This document shows positions 9,501 through 20,291 of a stretch of 64,000 nt of DNA, piece by piece. Source of the stretch: a virus. The stretch covers positions 1-64,000 of the IMG/VR virus record IMGVR_UViG_3300047409_000574; one strand, 5' to 3'. Each line of letters opens with the position of its first letter. The stretch's first letter is position 1. A program made the translations under genes and the position numbers. The notes below the pieces were generated by a model. The model had not been told where the DNA came from and ran no database searches. It worked only from the letters and a program-made list of their open reading frames with translations.

Positions 9501-10405
9501 ACTACGCGTACGGAGGGAGCCGGGTTGGCGGCGGCGAGTTGGTCGTGAACCGGCACACCGAGCGCAAGGCCAACTTCCTACTCGCGGGTCGGGCGACGTT
9601 GGGCGGCTTGGTGGCGGCGGAGCACACCCCGCACTCGTTCGCGACGGGCGGCCGGATGCACGGCGGGATTGTGTCGGCGGGCAACGCGCTCATGTCGAAC
9701 GTGCCTGGCCTGTCGGTTACCTCGACGACGGGCGGCCAGCATGCGGCGAACTCCTACCACTACCGGGGTGAGGCCGAAGATATCGGCGGGTCGCCGGGGG
9801 CGATGGCGGCGGGCGTGAACTACATCATGCGCTCGGGTCTCTACCGCAAGCTGGTGGAGGGCATCCACAATCCCGGCCTGTCGGTGAGTGGCGGCACGGT
9901 GGTGCCGTCGGGCTTCTGGGGGGCCAAGACCTGGGCGGGGCATCGCGACCACATCCATCTGGCGGTGACCGGTGGCAAGCTCGGCACGTTTACCGGCGGT
10001 GGCGCGTACGGCGGGACGATCCGGGCCGGTCAGCTTCTTCCGCCGTCGAGCACGGTGCCGGGCCTGGGCGGGATCATGTCGAACCGGGCGTCGGCGTTGA
10101 TGGCTGGCGGGATGGCGGCCGGGCTGAACAAGGTGCCGTGGTTCGGGGAGGGCGGCACGTTCCGGGCGACCCGGCCGCAGGTGATCGGTGTCGGTGACCG
10201 GGACGAGGTTGTGAGCATCACGCCGACTGCGAAGGCGGGCAGGCGGGGCGGCTCCAACATGCATGTGGCGGTGACGATCCAGAACGTGAACTACAACGGG
10301 CCGGGCGATCTGCGCAACGTGGTGCGCTCCGAGGTTGGGGCGGCGCTGCTCGATCTCGCCGACGAGTTCGACAGTGTTTCCTTCGAGTCTGATCCGTTGA
10401 ACTGA
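6599..10405 (+). CDS. Tape measure protein with C-terminal Zn-peptidase-like domain
   Basis: 1268 aa, helical and Ala-rich, after the chaperones; SYHYRGEAED...HRDHIH motif. Confidence 0.9.
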   Translation: MATVDGTFRIIDRASIPMERMKRNAEQLDRAVARAGLSMDTLGNRSQQKQIGDTDRVVRNFGSGAQDTERKVRNLHNEMDRGQSRWARFRGAIKETGILLFSLGKIIQVLKFPAMGAAVGIAAQAIGALAGGVIALLPQLFSLSGVVAALGPTLVGMGLAMVTVKLATKDLSAALGGNAQALKRLTPEAKAFVQTLRSYHIEMQKIRESAQKGLFPGLEVAITRFARAIPMIKTLVNEMGKALGGVAAQAGTRFTSQGFLADFAKMGETGTKVVSGLGRALITLVSAFRHIAIAAAPFTLWLVKGVEHMAKLIEKWAIFGRDSGKFGAWLDKTRSNMQMFGRILHNIWTWFQNLGRAAGPLGRMLWHDVEKATGAWAKMTGSITGQIRLTREFTAMRPAIREIVTLFDDLVRALFDMGSQAGLAGTVHQLDLMIPKLKEILNALANAFGPPIVALLDQLAKTLETLLVATGPFAVLLTFLTGIFKVINSLTRLIPHFGQVMASAFAVVGVGLMLSRVQSLATKWWAVATGARAAAAAEGAAIALAPAALGATGLAAGAAGAIPGAAAAATLAGGEAVTAGGLIIPASAAGAVLTAEKVGLGAGAKAIGGRVAQFAGKFALPVMAAMGAYGAVTTPGSFRERVGTGLSKATFGVSDVLGGLGSMYAGRRYGEYKESITPRRTLESKYVAGQMGSFQDRIGGLGGESPNFKQLKLQIDQYRTAIKGWQGVARPAYQDATNQLRTQLGVLLAVNKAIQDRKNQESRALGYKTLRQEGQAFDIYAKQFGAGQAGLRTNADVLGRLQSMQGPGRRILAANYLAWLDEEQKGNKKLLPAYAQYSDAVVAMYRDLGIKVKVINGELRFGTAGAWKDIKNAMVGNAAEAAREVAASFTAIQNKAVGVLLAMGFAPGKAHAIVQAVETGGAAGKAANQAVGMAAAGLAGPVKNEGLIPTPRGKALGGRIAGTSRFDNYAYGGSRVGGGELVVNRHTERKANFLLAGRATLGGLVAAEHTPHSFATGGRMHGGIVSAGNALMSNVPGLSVTSTTGGQHAANSYHYRGEAEDIGGSPGAMAAGVNYIMRSGLYRKLVEGIHNPGLSVSGGTVVPSGFWGAKTWAGHRDHIHLAVTGGKLGTFTGGGAYGGTIRAGQLLPPSSTVPGLGGIMSNRASALMAGGMAAGLNKVPWFGEGGTFRATRPQVIGVGDRDEVVSITPTAKAGRRGGSNMHVAVTIQNVNYNGPGDLRNVVRSEVGAALLDLADEFDSVSFESDPLN

Positions 10406-11283
10406 TGGCCGAGCCGGTCGCCCCGAAGATTCTCCCGTCGCCTGTGCTGCATCTCGGGGCGGGCACGCTGGTGAAGCTGGAGCCGATCAGTGGGGTCACC
10501 TCGCGCAAGCACATGCCTGGCCCGTTCACGTTCCAGGTCTCGCCGACCGACACGTTGCCGATTCCGCGCTCCTGGCCGTGGCAGGACTACGACACGATCG
10601 GTGCGGGCCAGCGCTCCCGGCCCGGCTCGCGGCAGCTACGCACGGTCGCGTTCGACTCGCTGTTCATCGCCGACACGCCGTGGTGGTCGTTCCTCACACC
10701 CGACCTGGTCGGCGGCGCGCCTACTCCTGGTGTGCGGGGCGCGGAGACCGACGCGGAGTTCGCGTTGCGGGTGCGCTCGGAGGCGCTGAACGCAAAGTAC
10801 GGGCTGGGCAACAGGAAGGTGCCTGATCCGCTCAAGATGATCGCGGCGCTGGAGAAGCTCGGCAACAACTATCAGGTGTTCACGTTGACGATCCGCCAAC
10901 CGAATGAGCTTGCCGGGTACGACGTGAATATGTGGGCGACGCTGCGCAACTTCGACACGCGCAAGGTGGCGGGCGAGCCGTTCACCCGTTACTTCTCGAT
11001 CACGTTTGTGGAGTACCGGCCGACGAAGATCGAGCGGGAGCAGATCGGGCATCCGCATCTGCCGCTGACGGTGGTGGCGGGCAAGTTGCCGCCGGGCCGG
11101 GACACGCTGCACGAGCTTGCGAAGTTCTACTACGGCTCGCCGTCTCAGTGGCGCAGGATCGCGGCGGCGAGCCATCTCAAGGTCGGCCCGTCCTACGACC
11201 TGAACAAGCTCGGGACGAAGCGGATCGTGGTGCCGAAGCCCGCGTCGAAGCCGAAGCCGAAGTCGCCAGGTGGGCCGCACTAG
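10405..11283 (+). CDS. Tail tube initiator/LysM protein (XkdP-like)
   Basis: YFSITFVEYR and LysM-like DTLHELAKFYYGSPSQWRRIAAAS. Confidence 0.8.
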   Translation: MAEPVAPKILPSPVLHLGAGTLVKLEPISGVTSRKHMPGPFTFQVSPTDTLPIPRSWPWQDYDTIGAGQRSRPGSRQLRTVAFDSLFIADTPWWSFLTPDLVGGAPTPGVRGAETDAEFALRVRSEALNAKYGLGNRKVPDPLKMIAALEKLGNNYQVFTLTIRQPNELAGYDVNMWATLRNFDTRKVAGEPFTRYFSITFVEYRPTKIEREQIGHPHLPLTVVAGKLPPGRDTLHELAKFYYGSPSQWRRIAAASHLKVGPSYDLNKLGTKRIVVPKPASKPKPKSPGGPH

Positions 11284-12663
11284 ATGGCCCAGACCGCGGC
11301 CGACAAGAAGCGGACGGCTGACGCTGCTCGACGCGCGAACGCGAAGATCGGGCGCGGGTTCCAGCGCAGGCCGATCCCTCGTGACTACTGGCGCTCACCT
11401 GGGGAGCCGTTGCGGCTGGGCCGGGAGAACTTCCAGGTGTGGTGGGTGCCTCGTGTCGGCGAGATGGTGAACGTGGATGCGAACGTCGAGCAGGTGACTT
11501 GGGAGGATGCGTCGCCGGTGCTGTCGGGCACGGTCACGTTTCGTGATCCGTTCATCGGCAAGTTGTCGAACATCGGGTTGGGCGACCAGTTCGTGCTCAA
11601 GTGGTCGGCGCAGGGCGGCCCGCCGTTTGTGGAGCTTTGGAGGATGCGGGTCAACCAGCCGTTCCGTTCGTTCCTGGGCGGCAACCGCACTCTCCAGGTC
11701 ACCTCAGACCTGTGGTTCCTGCAAGCCTCGACCGACGACTTCCACTTTCGCAAGACAGGAGCCACAGGCCCGCATCCGCACGGGTGGCTGGCGTCGGAGA
11801 TCGCGCAGTCGATCCTGGAGCGTTACGGGATGCCGGTCGGCGTGTTGACCGCGACTCGCCATCGCATCCTGAACTTGACACGGGTGAACACGGGGTCGAG
11901 CACGAAGATCACGCCGCTCGACACGCTCACTGCGGCCTACGCGCGCGAGCGGAACTACACGAACAAGCGCTACGTGATCTCGTGCTTCAACGGCAAGGTG
12001 AACATCACGCCGCTGCGTCACTCGAAGGAGTTGCTGCTGTTCGGCGAGGAGTTGGTCGAGGCGACGATCCAGCAGACTTTGCGCGACGACTTCGCGACTT
12101 CGCTGACGGTGCGCGCGCAGGGCAAGACGATCAAGGTGAAGGACAAGAAGGGCCACTCGAAGCAGACGGTCGGCAAGATCAGTGTGCTGGTTCAGTCGGA
12201 GGCGGCGATCCGAAGGTACGGGTTCGTGCACCGGGTGGTCTGGGCGCACGACGCGCGTACGGTCGCGGAGGCACGGTCGCGAGGCCAGTACCACTTGTCG
12301 GTGATCGGCCAGCCGACGACCGAGGTGAACGTGACGAGTCCCGGCGTGGCGATGATCCGGCGCGGGGATGCGTGCCGGATCAGGCTCGACGACCCGGTGC
12401 TGCACCAGGTCGTGTTCGTGACGGACGCGTCGCACTCGCTGACGGCGGGGAGCTACCAGGTGGCGTTGCAGTTCATGTTCTCCGACCCGTTCGTGGACGC
12501 GAAGCTCGACACGGTGGATGAGGATTTGGCGGAGAAGCAGAAGGCGCGCACCGGCAAGACGACGAAGAAGTCCAAGACGCCGCCGTTGCCGAAGCAGAAC
12601 GTGGCGCGCGCCCCGGCCAAGACGCCGGGCCAGCGGCTCGCCGGGCGGGGGCATCCGTCGTGA
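11284..12663 (+). CDS. Baseplate hub (XkdQ/YqbQ-like)
   Basis: ASEIAQSI, AIRRYGFVHRV and IRRGDAC...VTDASH motifs; synteny. Confidence 0.75.
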   Translation: MAQTAADKKRTADAARRANAKIGRGFQRRPIPRDYWRSPGEPLRLGRENFQVWWVPRVGEMVNVDANVEQVTWEDASPVLSGTVTFRDPFIGKLSNIGLGDQFVLKWSAQGGPPFVELWRMRVNQPFRSFLGGNRTLQVTSDLWFLQASTDDFHFRKTGATGPHPHGWLASEIAQSILERYGMPVGVLTATRHRILNLTRVNTGSSTKITPLDTLTAAYARERNYTNKRYVISCFNGKVNITPLRHSKELLLFGEELVEATIQQTLRDDFATSLTVRAQGKTIKVKDKKGHSKQTVGKISVLVQSEAAIRRYGFVHRVVWAHDARTVAEARSRGQYHLSVIGQPTTEVNVTSPGVAMIRRGDACRIRLDDPVLHQVVFVTDASHSLTAGSYQVALQFMFSDPFVDAKLDTVDEDLAEKQKARTGKTTKKSKTPPLPKQNVARAPAKTPGQRLAGRGHPS

Positions 12664-13030
12664 CCTGGACGCCGCCTTTGGAGACAGACTTGTACTACGC
12701 TCGGCTGCCGTTTGGGGAGGCGCAGGCGGTGCTCGGCTCGACCGGCCCGATCAAGGGGAGCGCGCAGTCGGCGTTGTGCGGCTGGCACGGCCAGAGCTTG
12801 CACCCGGAGACAGGCAGCTTCGTGCTCGTGAATGAGAACGGGCCGCTGGCGGGCCTGGTCGGCGACCGGCTCAAGATCACGTTGCGGGATCGGCCGTCCC
12901 CGGCTGCGGTGGTCGCCTACTGTATCGGTCGGGACGCGCTCGACGATGATCTCAGTCTGACCCGGCGGCTGTTTCTGCAACTCGCGCTGCTGTCGAGCAC
13001 GAACATTCCGGTCACTGTCGAGGTGCTCGG

Positions 13031-13034
<4 letters not shown>
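12660..13034 (+). CDS. Hypothetical small beta protein
   Basis: GTGA-coupled on both sides, 124 aa. Confidence 0.6.
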
Positions 13035-14281
<1,247 letters not shown>

Positions 14282-14293
14282 ACGGAGGGTGAG

Positions 14294-14626
14294 ATGGCGC
14301 TGAGTACGACGGACATGTTGAAGCGGCTGGCCGGGCCTGCGGCGGCGGCGTCGGGAACCTCGACGCTCATCACGGTGCCGACCGGCCATCTCTACACGGT
14401 CAAGAAGATCAAGGTCGTGAACACGGACACGGTGAACACTAAGACGTTCCAGTTGTTCATCAACGGGTCGGCGGCGGCGAATGCGATCACTCCGGTTTAC
14501 ACGGTGGATGCGGGCGGGTCGGGGGTGTCGGACGAGTTCGAGGTGCTGGCGGCGGGGGACACGTTGCAGATCACCACGTCGGCTACCGGGCTGACGGTGA
14601 CCGTTGCCGGTCTCGATCAAGCGTAG
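14294..14626 (+). CDS. Small beta-rich tail-associated protein
   Basis: GGAGG RBS; TLITVP..VKKI.VVN..VLAAGD. Confidence 0.65.
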   Translation: MALSTTDMLKRLAGPAAAASGTSTLITVPTGHLYTVKKIKVVNTDTVNTKTFQLFINGSAAANAITPVYTVDAGGSGVSDEFEVLAAGDTLQITTSATGLTVTVAGLDQA

Positions 14627-14628
14627 AT

Positions 14629-15678
14629 ATGGGCTGGCAGTTCTACGACAGGAACGGCGCGCTCAAGCAGGCTGCTGCCGGGGCTGTGAACCCTATGGCG
14701 CGTGTGATGGCTGGGGCTGCGCAGTCGATTCCCAACAACACTTTCACGCCGCTTACATTTGTCACTCCCGCCGCCTATGACACCGACGCGATGTGGGCTG
14801 TCGGTACTCCCACGAGACTCACAATCAAGACGGCGGGGAAGTATCTGCTTGAGGGAACCGTGATGCTTGGCGGTTCGGCGGGCGGCGTGCTTCGACAGTT
14901 TCAGTTCTTGTTGAACGGTGTGGTTCTTCCGAATGGAAAACAGAACGCCTTTCCGAATGGAACCAACTCTCATCGCATTACGACTTCGACCGTCATGTCT
15001 CTCTCGGTGGGGGACTACATCGAGGCGGCGATCTACCAAGACTCGGGTGGCGCTCTCAACACCCTCTACAGCGCAGGCGTGGACGCGTGTGAGTTGTCGG
15101 TCACGAAGATCGACGGCGTTGTCTATGTCCCCTCGAAGCCGCCGCGTATCACAACCTCGCCGCTCTCGGGTGGCCCTCCTGCTTCCCCCGACGACGGTGA
15201 CATTTGGATCGCGACCGGAGTGGATGCGACCGGTTCACGCTGGCAGTTTCAGTACGACGCAGCCGAGTCCACCGCGTACAAGTGGAAGTTCATCGGTGGG
15301 CCACCGGCATTTATTCTCAATGGTGGCGGGATTGCGAATACGGTTGCGAACGTTTTTCAAGAGCGTGTGACGGCAACGAGAATTGTTGTAGCAAGAGCCG
15401 GAACGTATATAGCCGAAGCAGGGGGAATGGTGAGTCAAGGGGTCGCAAATACTCGCGCCGATTTAGGGCCGGGCACAGTTTCGTCTGGTGCCGCGATGGT
15501 CGCTAATGCGGCGGCAGGGATGAACGCGGGTTCTTTGGCCGTTTTGACCGGGAGCGCTATCACCACTGTTGCAGCAGGTGAAACGTTCAATGTGATGATG
15601 CGAACAGGTGATGCTACGCCAGGTAACTGCGTTTGGTACGACATTCAGTTGAGGGTGACACCTGTGAAGGTCGCCTGA
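14629..15678 (+). CDS. Tail fibre/receptor-binding protein, paralog A
   Basis: C1q-like N-domain (RLTIKTAGKY..LSVGDYIE); shared ITTSPLSGGPP module. Confidence 0.7.
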   Translation: MGWQFYDRNGALKQAAAGAVNPMARVMAGAAQSIPNNTFTPLTFVTPAAYDTDAMWAVGTPTRLTIKTAGKYLLEGTVMLGGSAGGVLRQFQFLLNGVVLPNGKQNAFPNGTNSHRITTSTVMSLSVGDYIEAAIYQDSGGALNTLYSAGVDACELSVTKIDGVVYVPSKPPRITTSPLSGGPPASPDDGDIWIATGVDATGSRWQFQYDAAESTAYKWKFIGGPPAFILNGGGIANTVANVFQERVTATRIVVARAGTYIAEAGGMVSQGVANTRADLGPGTVSSGAAMVANAAAGMNAGSLAVLTGSAITTVAAGETFNVMMRTGDATPGNCVWYDIQLRVTPVKVA

Positions 15679-16622
15679 TGCCCTGGAACTTCTTCGACAG
15701 GTACGGGCAGAAGCGGGTCAACAGCGGCATGGCGATGACTTCGCAGGAAGTTGCGATTGTCGCTGGCACAGGAGCGGTCAATGTTGCGGCCACCGCCGCC
15801 CCCGGCACACTGGTGGTGACGTTCCCATCTTTTACTGCCGATGGAATCTCGGCATATGAAATACAACTCAATCCCACAATCATCAAGCGCGGCACTTCGT
15901 GGATATGGGTATCGCTGTATGACAACGGGACTCTTATCGCACGAATTGCCTACCTAGACGCCACTTACTCTCCTGGCCCGATGAAATATCGTGTCGTGCC
16001 CACCAGCGGGGCGCACGTTTTTACTGTCCGGGCCTGGGTGGATGCAGGCGCAGGAACATGGGTAGATGGTGGGGGTCTAGACCTAACGACTACCCATCGG
16101 ATCATTCGGGCCGACTGGGCGGTCTACAACCCCGGCGCGGTTCCGAAGATAACCACCTCGCCGTTGTCGGGTGGGCCACCGGCTAATCCGCAGGACAACG
16201 ACATTTGGATTGCAACGGGTGTCGATACCTTGGGTAGCCGCTGGCAGTTTCAGTACGACTTGGCCGAGGCTACCGCGTACAAGTGGAAGTTCATCGGCGG
16301 CCCCGTCGTCACGGTCTACCCCACAACCTTCACGTCGCCGTCAGGAGGTGCCTGGAACCCGCAGAACATCGTTGCGGTCGCACGCGCCGGAACCTACTCC
16401 GTGACCGCGAGTGCTCGTATGTCCGGTGCCGCGACTGGTCTCTACATCAGCTTCACCGGCAGCACTCTCGCCGGTGTGGGAGCCACACCAGACTTTGGCG
16501 GAATGATCGCGGATCAACTGACATACGCCGCAGGCGCACAGGTCATCCTGAGCCACTGGGGAGCGGTGGGTGCAACGTTCCAGTTCCAGGTCGTGACGGT
16601 GCAGCCGGTGAGGATCGCCTGA
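15678..16622 (+). CDS. Tail fibre/receptor-binding protein, paralog B
   Basis: TGATG coupling; MPWNFFDRYG resembles MGWQFYDRNG of paralog A; shared central module. Confidence 0.7.
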   Translation: MPWNFFDRYGQKRVNSGMAMTSQEVAIVAGTGAVNVAATAAPGTLVVTFPSFTADGISAYEIQLNPTIIKRGTSWIWVSLYDNGTLIARIAYLDATYSPGPMKYRVVPTSGAHVFTVRAWVDAGAGTWVDGGGLDLTTTHRIIRADWAVYNPGAVPKITTSPLSGGPPANPQDNDIWIATGVDTLGSRWQFQYDLAEATAYKWKFIGGPVVTVYPTTFTSPSGGAWNPQNIVAVARAGTYSVTASARMSGAATGLYISFTGSTLAGVGATPDFGGMIADQLTYAAGAQVILSHWGAVGATFQFQVVTVQPVRIA

Positions 16623-17278
16623 TGAGTTCCTTCGCACAGGGCGGCGGCTACGCAGGCCCGGCCGGGCCTACCGGTGTGGCGGGGCCACCGGCGAGTTTCG
16701 GGTTGCGGTCTGCTCGTCCGGCGGCGAGCGCGGCGACCGGCCAGATGTTCTACGCGACCGACCAGGACGCCGTGTTCCTTTCGGACGGCACGACGTGGTT
16801 CCGTGTGGGTGTGCAGCCGGGGGACATTCTCTGGACGGCGGAGGCGTCGGCGCGCACCGGCTATCTGATCTGCACGGGGCAGGCGTGGCCGAGCACGACG
16901 GGCATCTACGCTGATCTGTTCGCGAAGTGGGGTGGTCTCTATCCGACGGTGCTGCCTGACTTGCAGGGCCGGTCGTTCGCCGCGAAGGGGACGCACGCCG
17001 ACATGGCGACGATCGGCAACAGTGACGGCCTGGCGGCGGCCAACCGGAGAACGAAGCACAAGCACACAGTGAACGAGGTGGCGCACGCGCACGCGACGCT
17101 GTACGGGAACGCGGGCGGCACCAGCACGCTTGGGAAGCCTGGCTCGACCGACCACGGCGAGTCGAACAGCTATAGCTCGCAGTCCGCTTCGACGGGGCTG
17201 ACGGTCGGCCCGCAGACTGGCGCGGAGCCGACTGATACGTCCGCGTACATCGTTCTTCAACCGCAGGTGAAACTTTGA
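16622..17278 (+). CDS. Tail-collar domain protein
   Basis: PGDI..GYLIC.GQ..YADLF..LPDLQGR collar motif and HKH tip motif. Confidence 0.75.
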   Translation: MSSFAQGGGYAGPAGPTGVAGPPASFGLRSARPAASAATGQMFYATDQDAVFLSDGTTWFRVGVQPGDILWTAEASARTGYLICTGQAWPSTTGIYADLFAKWGGLYPTVLPDLQGRSFAAKGTHADMATIGNSDGLAAANRRTKHKHTVNEVAHAHATLYGNAGGTSTLGKPGSTDHGESNSYSSQSASTGLTVGPQTGAEPTDTSAYIVLQPQVKL

Positions 17279-17289
17279 AAGGGAGCCGC

Positions 17290-18042
17290 ATGTCCGAGCT
17301 AATAAGCCTCGAAACAGCCGCAGGGAGCAGCATGTCCGAGCTAGGTCTCGAAACAGCCGTGCCGATCCAGATTCCGGCCGAGCCGTTCTGGCAGTTCACT
17401 CTGAGCGACGGCAGGGTCGGCAGCGTCTACAAGGTTCAGGCACCCACCGCCGAGGAGGCGCGGGCCATCCTCGCCGACCGGTTGAAGAAGGTTGTCCCGG
17501 AGACCTCGATTCGGGCGCAGGTGTTCGCGGACGCGCAGGGTCTTATCTCGCAGACGTTTTCTCGGCACACACTGTCCTTCGGAAACGCAGCGCTGGTCTC
17601 TGGCAACATCTACTGCACGGCGCTCGCGCTGCTTGCTGGGGACGTGGTCACGTCGATAGTGATGCTGAACGACCGGAGCATCGCGGGCCTAACACGGGTC
17701 GAGCTTGCCCTGCTGGCGGCGGACGGCACGGTGCTCGCCACGACCGGCGATGTAAAAGATGACTTCGGCGATCCCGGAGTCAAGGTCGAGCCGCTGCTCG
17801 TGCCGTACAACGTCGCGGTGAGCGACTTGTTCTACTGCGCGTTCCATGCGCACGGCGAGGAAGTGCCTGTCGTGGCGCAGAGCAACTGGATCGGCAACAC
17901 ACCGGCCTACTCGTCGTTCGCGATCGGTGCTGGCCGGTGTCTGTGGGCGGAGATGGAAGCGCAGACCGACATGCCCTCCGTTGTCGTTCTCGGCCCGCCG
18001 GTTTCGATCGCGCCCGCCGCGGTCTGGTTCGGGATCGCATGA
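17290..18042 (+). CDS. Hypothetical structural protein
   Basis: GGGAG RBS plus ATG, duplicated at 17332; beta-rich C-terminus. Confidence 0.6.
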   Translation: MSELISLETAAGSSMSELGLETAVPIQIPAEPFWQFTLSDGRVGSVYKVQAPTAEEARAILADRLKKVVPETSIRAQVFADAQGLISQTFSRHTLSFGNAALVSGNIYCTALALLAGDVVTSIVMLNDRSIAGLTRVELALLAADGTVLATTGDVKDDFGDPGVKVEPLLVPYNVAVSDLFYCAFHAHGEEVPVVAQSNWIGNTPAYSSFAIGAGRCLWAEMEAQTDMPSVVVLGPPVSIAPAAVWFGIA

Positions 18043-18599
18043 GCGGTGCTCTCCCCGAACCGGACGTGTCTGCGCCGACGCTGCTTCCGGCGTCGGACGA
18101 TCAGCTTTCGGCTGACGACGCGTTCCAGCGGTACGAGGACTCGCTGGTCGAGGGCGGGATCACCGCCGACGATCTGGTCGTCACAACGGAGGAGCCTGTC
18201 CCGTTCGGGAAGGGGATCGCGCTCGACGTGCAGCGCCGCAGGCTGATTGGCACACCGGCCGGGCATGGGGTGCTGGTCACCTACGACGAGGCGACTTTCC
18301 GCACCTGGATCGCGAAGGCGCTGGTAACCGCGCGCGGTGCGCACCCCATCTATTCGAGTTCGTTCGGCGTCGAGCGTCCGCATGAGTTGTTCGGCGGGCC
18401 GATCGAGCAGTTCCCGGAGGGTGAGGCAATCGCCCGGTGGACGGAGGCTCTGCTCCGGCATCCGCGCATCACCGATGTGACCGACTGGGAGATCGACACG
18501 GCCACGCTGGGCGACGAGGAGGTAGTGCTCGTAGACTTCACTGTCGAGATCGACAGCGCCGACACACTCAACCTGACCAGCCTGGCGGTGAGCATCTAG
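18039..18599 (+). CDS. Baseplate gp25/XkdS (DUF2634)-like protein
   Basis: WIAKAL.T.RG.HPIYSSSFG..EALLRHPRITDV. Confidence 0.8.
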   Translation: MSGALPEPDVSAPTLLPASDDQLSADDAFQRYEDSLVEGGITADDLVVTTEEPVPFGKGIALDVQRRRLIGTPAGHGVLVTYDEATFRTWIAKALVTARGAHPIYSSSFGVERPHELFGGPIEQFPEGEAIARWTEALLRHPRITDVTDWEIDTATLGDEEVVLVDFTVEIDSADTLNLTSLAVSI

Positions 18600-19754
18600 T
18601 TGCCTGAGTTCAGCGAGTTTCTACCGCTTCTGGTCGAGACGACCGACTCGATCCGTGAGCGGGTGTACGCGGACGCGACGGCTGGCCTGGCCGTCACCGA
18701 TCCTGCCTACCCCGACCTGGTGGAAGGCTCGGTTGCAGCCGATCTGTTCTCGACGATGATCCTGGAGGCGGAGCGGCTGTGGGACTTCGTCTCCTCTGAG
18801 CTTCCCGCGTCGATGTTCCCGGCGTTCACGTTCGCTGACTACCTCGACGAGTGGGGGGTGACGTTGAGCTTGCCGCGCAAGGACGCGGTGCTCGCGTCCG
18901 GCGTGGTGCGCTTCACCGGCACGTCAGGCGCGCTGATCGGCTCGAACGTGAAGGTCTCCACCCAGCAGACCGACCCGGACGTTGACCCGGTGGAGTTCCA
19001 GACGACCGAGTCGGGAACGATCCCCGTCGGCGGCTTCATCGACCTGGCGGTCGAGGCGCTCGTCGCCGGTGTGGCGGGCAACGCCGGGGCGGGGACGATC
19101 GTGCTGCTCAACTCGCCGGTTGCGAACATCGCGTCGGTGACCAACGCGGCGGCGATGACCGGCGGGACGGAGGTCGAGAACGACGACGCCTACCGGGAGC
19201 GCATCCTGCTGGAGTTCTCCTCGCCGCAGGGCGCGGGGAACCAGGCCGACTACGCACGCTGGGCGCTCGCTTATCCGGGGGTCGGCCATGTCACCGTCGA
19301 GGCGATCTGGGCGGGGCCGGGGACGGTGCGGGTGATCGTGACCGACCAGTTCAACGCGCCGGTTGCCGGGGCGGTCGTGACCGGTCTCCAGGCCGAGCTT
19401 GATCCGAGCGCTGGGCTAGGCGCAGGGCTGGCACCTGTCGGTGCGACCGTCACGGTGGTGACTCCGGCGCAGACGACCGTGAACGTGTCGGCGACGGTGA
19501 GCTTCAAGACAGGGTTCACGCTTGACGGGACGGCGGGCACGATCGCGCTTCGGACGGCGATCGTCGCTGCGATCCAGGATTACCTTGCGAGCCTCAGTCC
19601 AGGCGACGATGTGATCCTCAACCATGTGCTCGCCCGCTTCTTCGTGGTGGACGGGGTGCTGAACGTGGCGACCGTGCTGCTCAACGGAGCGGCCGTCGAT
19701 GTGGTGCTCGACAGCCTGCATGTCGGCAAGCTCGGGACTGTGACGTTGACCTAG
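18600..19754 (+). CDS. Baseplate J-like wedge (XkdT)
   Basis: YLDEWG..L.R, AG.AGN, GGTEVEND.AYRERI, GN.ADY.RWA, GPGTVRV. Confidence 0.92.
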   Translation: MPEFSEFLPLLVETTDSIRERVYADATAGLAVTDPAYPDLVEGSVAADLFSTMILEAERLWDFVSSELPASMFPAFTFADYLDEWGVTLSLPRKDAVLASGVVRFTGTSGALIGSNVKVSTQQTDPDVDPVEFQTTESGTIPVGGFIDLAVEALVAGVAGNAGAGTIVLLNSPVANIASVTNAAAMTGGTEVENDDAYRERILLEFSSPQGAGNQADYARWALAYPGVGHVTVEAIWAGPGTVRVIVTDQFNAPVAGAVVTGLQAELDPSAGLGAGLAPVGATVTVVTPAQTTVNVSATVSFKTGFTLDGTAGTIALRTAIVAAIQDYLASLSPGDDVILNHVLARFFVVDGVLNVATVLLNGAAVDVVLDSLHVGKLGTVTLT

Positions 19755-20291
19755 ATGACGGTCGCGCATCCTCTGACCGGTCGCGGCAAGGTGATGTTCG
19801 ATGACCTGCCGCCGCTGTACGACAACGACGAGACGGTCGCGGCGATCCTCCAGGCGATGGGCAACGAGTTCCAGCGGATCGAGGATGCGGCGAACGTGAT
19901 CCGGCGCGGCATGTTCCCGCAGTCGGCCGACGACACCTACGGGTTGCTCTCGCTCTGGGAGACGCTGCTCGGGTTGCCGGTTGCAGCGGCGGGGGTGGGC
20001 GTGGCGGCCCGCCAGGCGAACGTGCTGGCTCGGCTGCGCGGGCGCGGCTCGGGCGCGGGAGCGGATTGGGTGGCGACCTTGACGAGCCTGATCGGCACCG
20101 GCTGGAACTACCAGGAGGGGCCGGGCGACTACGTGGTGACGATCTACCTGCCGTTCGCGGCGGGCGGGGACGCGAGTATCCGCGCGCAGAACCTTGCGCG
20201 GGCGATCACACCGGCGCATCTCGACATAGCCGTTGTGTTCGACGAGGGGTTTCTTGTCGGCGAAGGGCGAATTGGGGAGGATCGTTTCTAG
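19755..20291 (+). CDS. Baseplate wedge YmfQ/XkdU-like
   Basis: LPPLY, GLLSLWETLLGL, ITPAHL. Confidence 0.85.
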   Translation: MTVAHPLTGRGKVMFDDLPPLYDNDETVAAILQAMGNEFQRIEDAANVIRRGMFPQSADDTYGLLSLWETLLGLPVAAAGVGVAARQANVLARLRGRGSGAGADWVATLTSLIGTGWNYQEGPGDYVVTIYLPFAAGGDASIRAQNLARAITPAHLDIAVVFDEGFLVGEGRIGEDRF

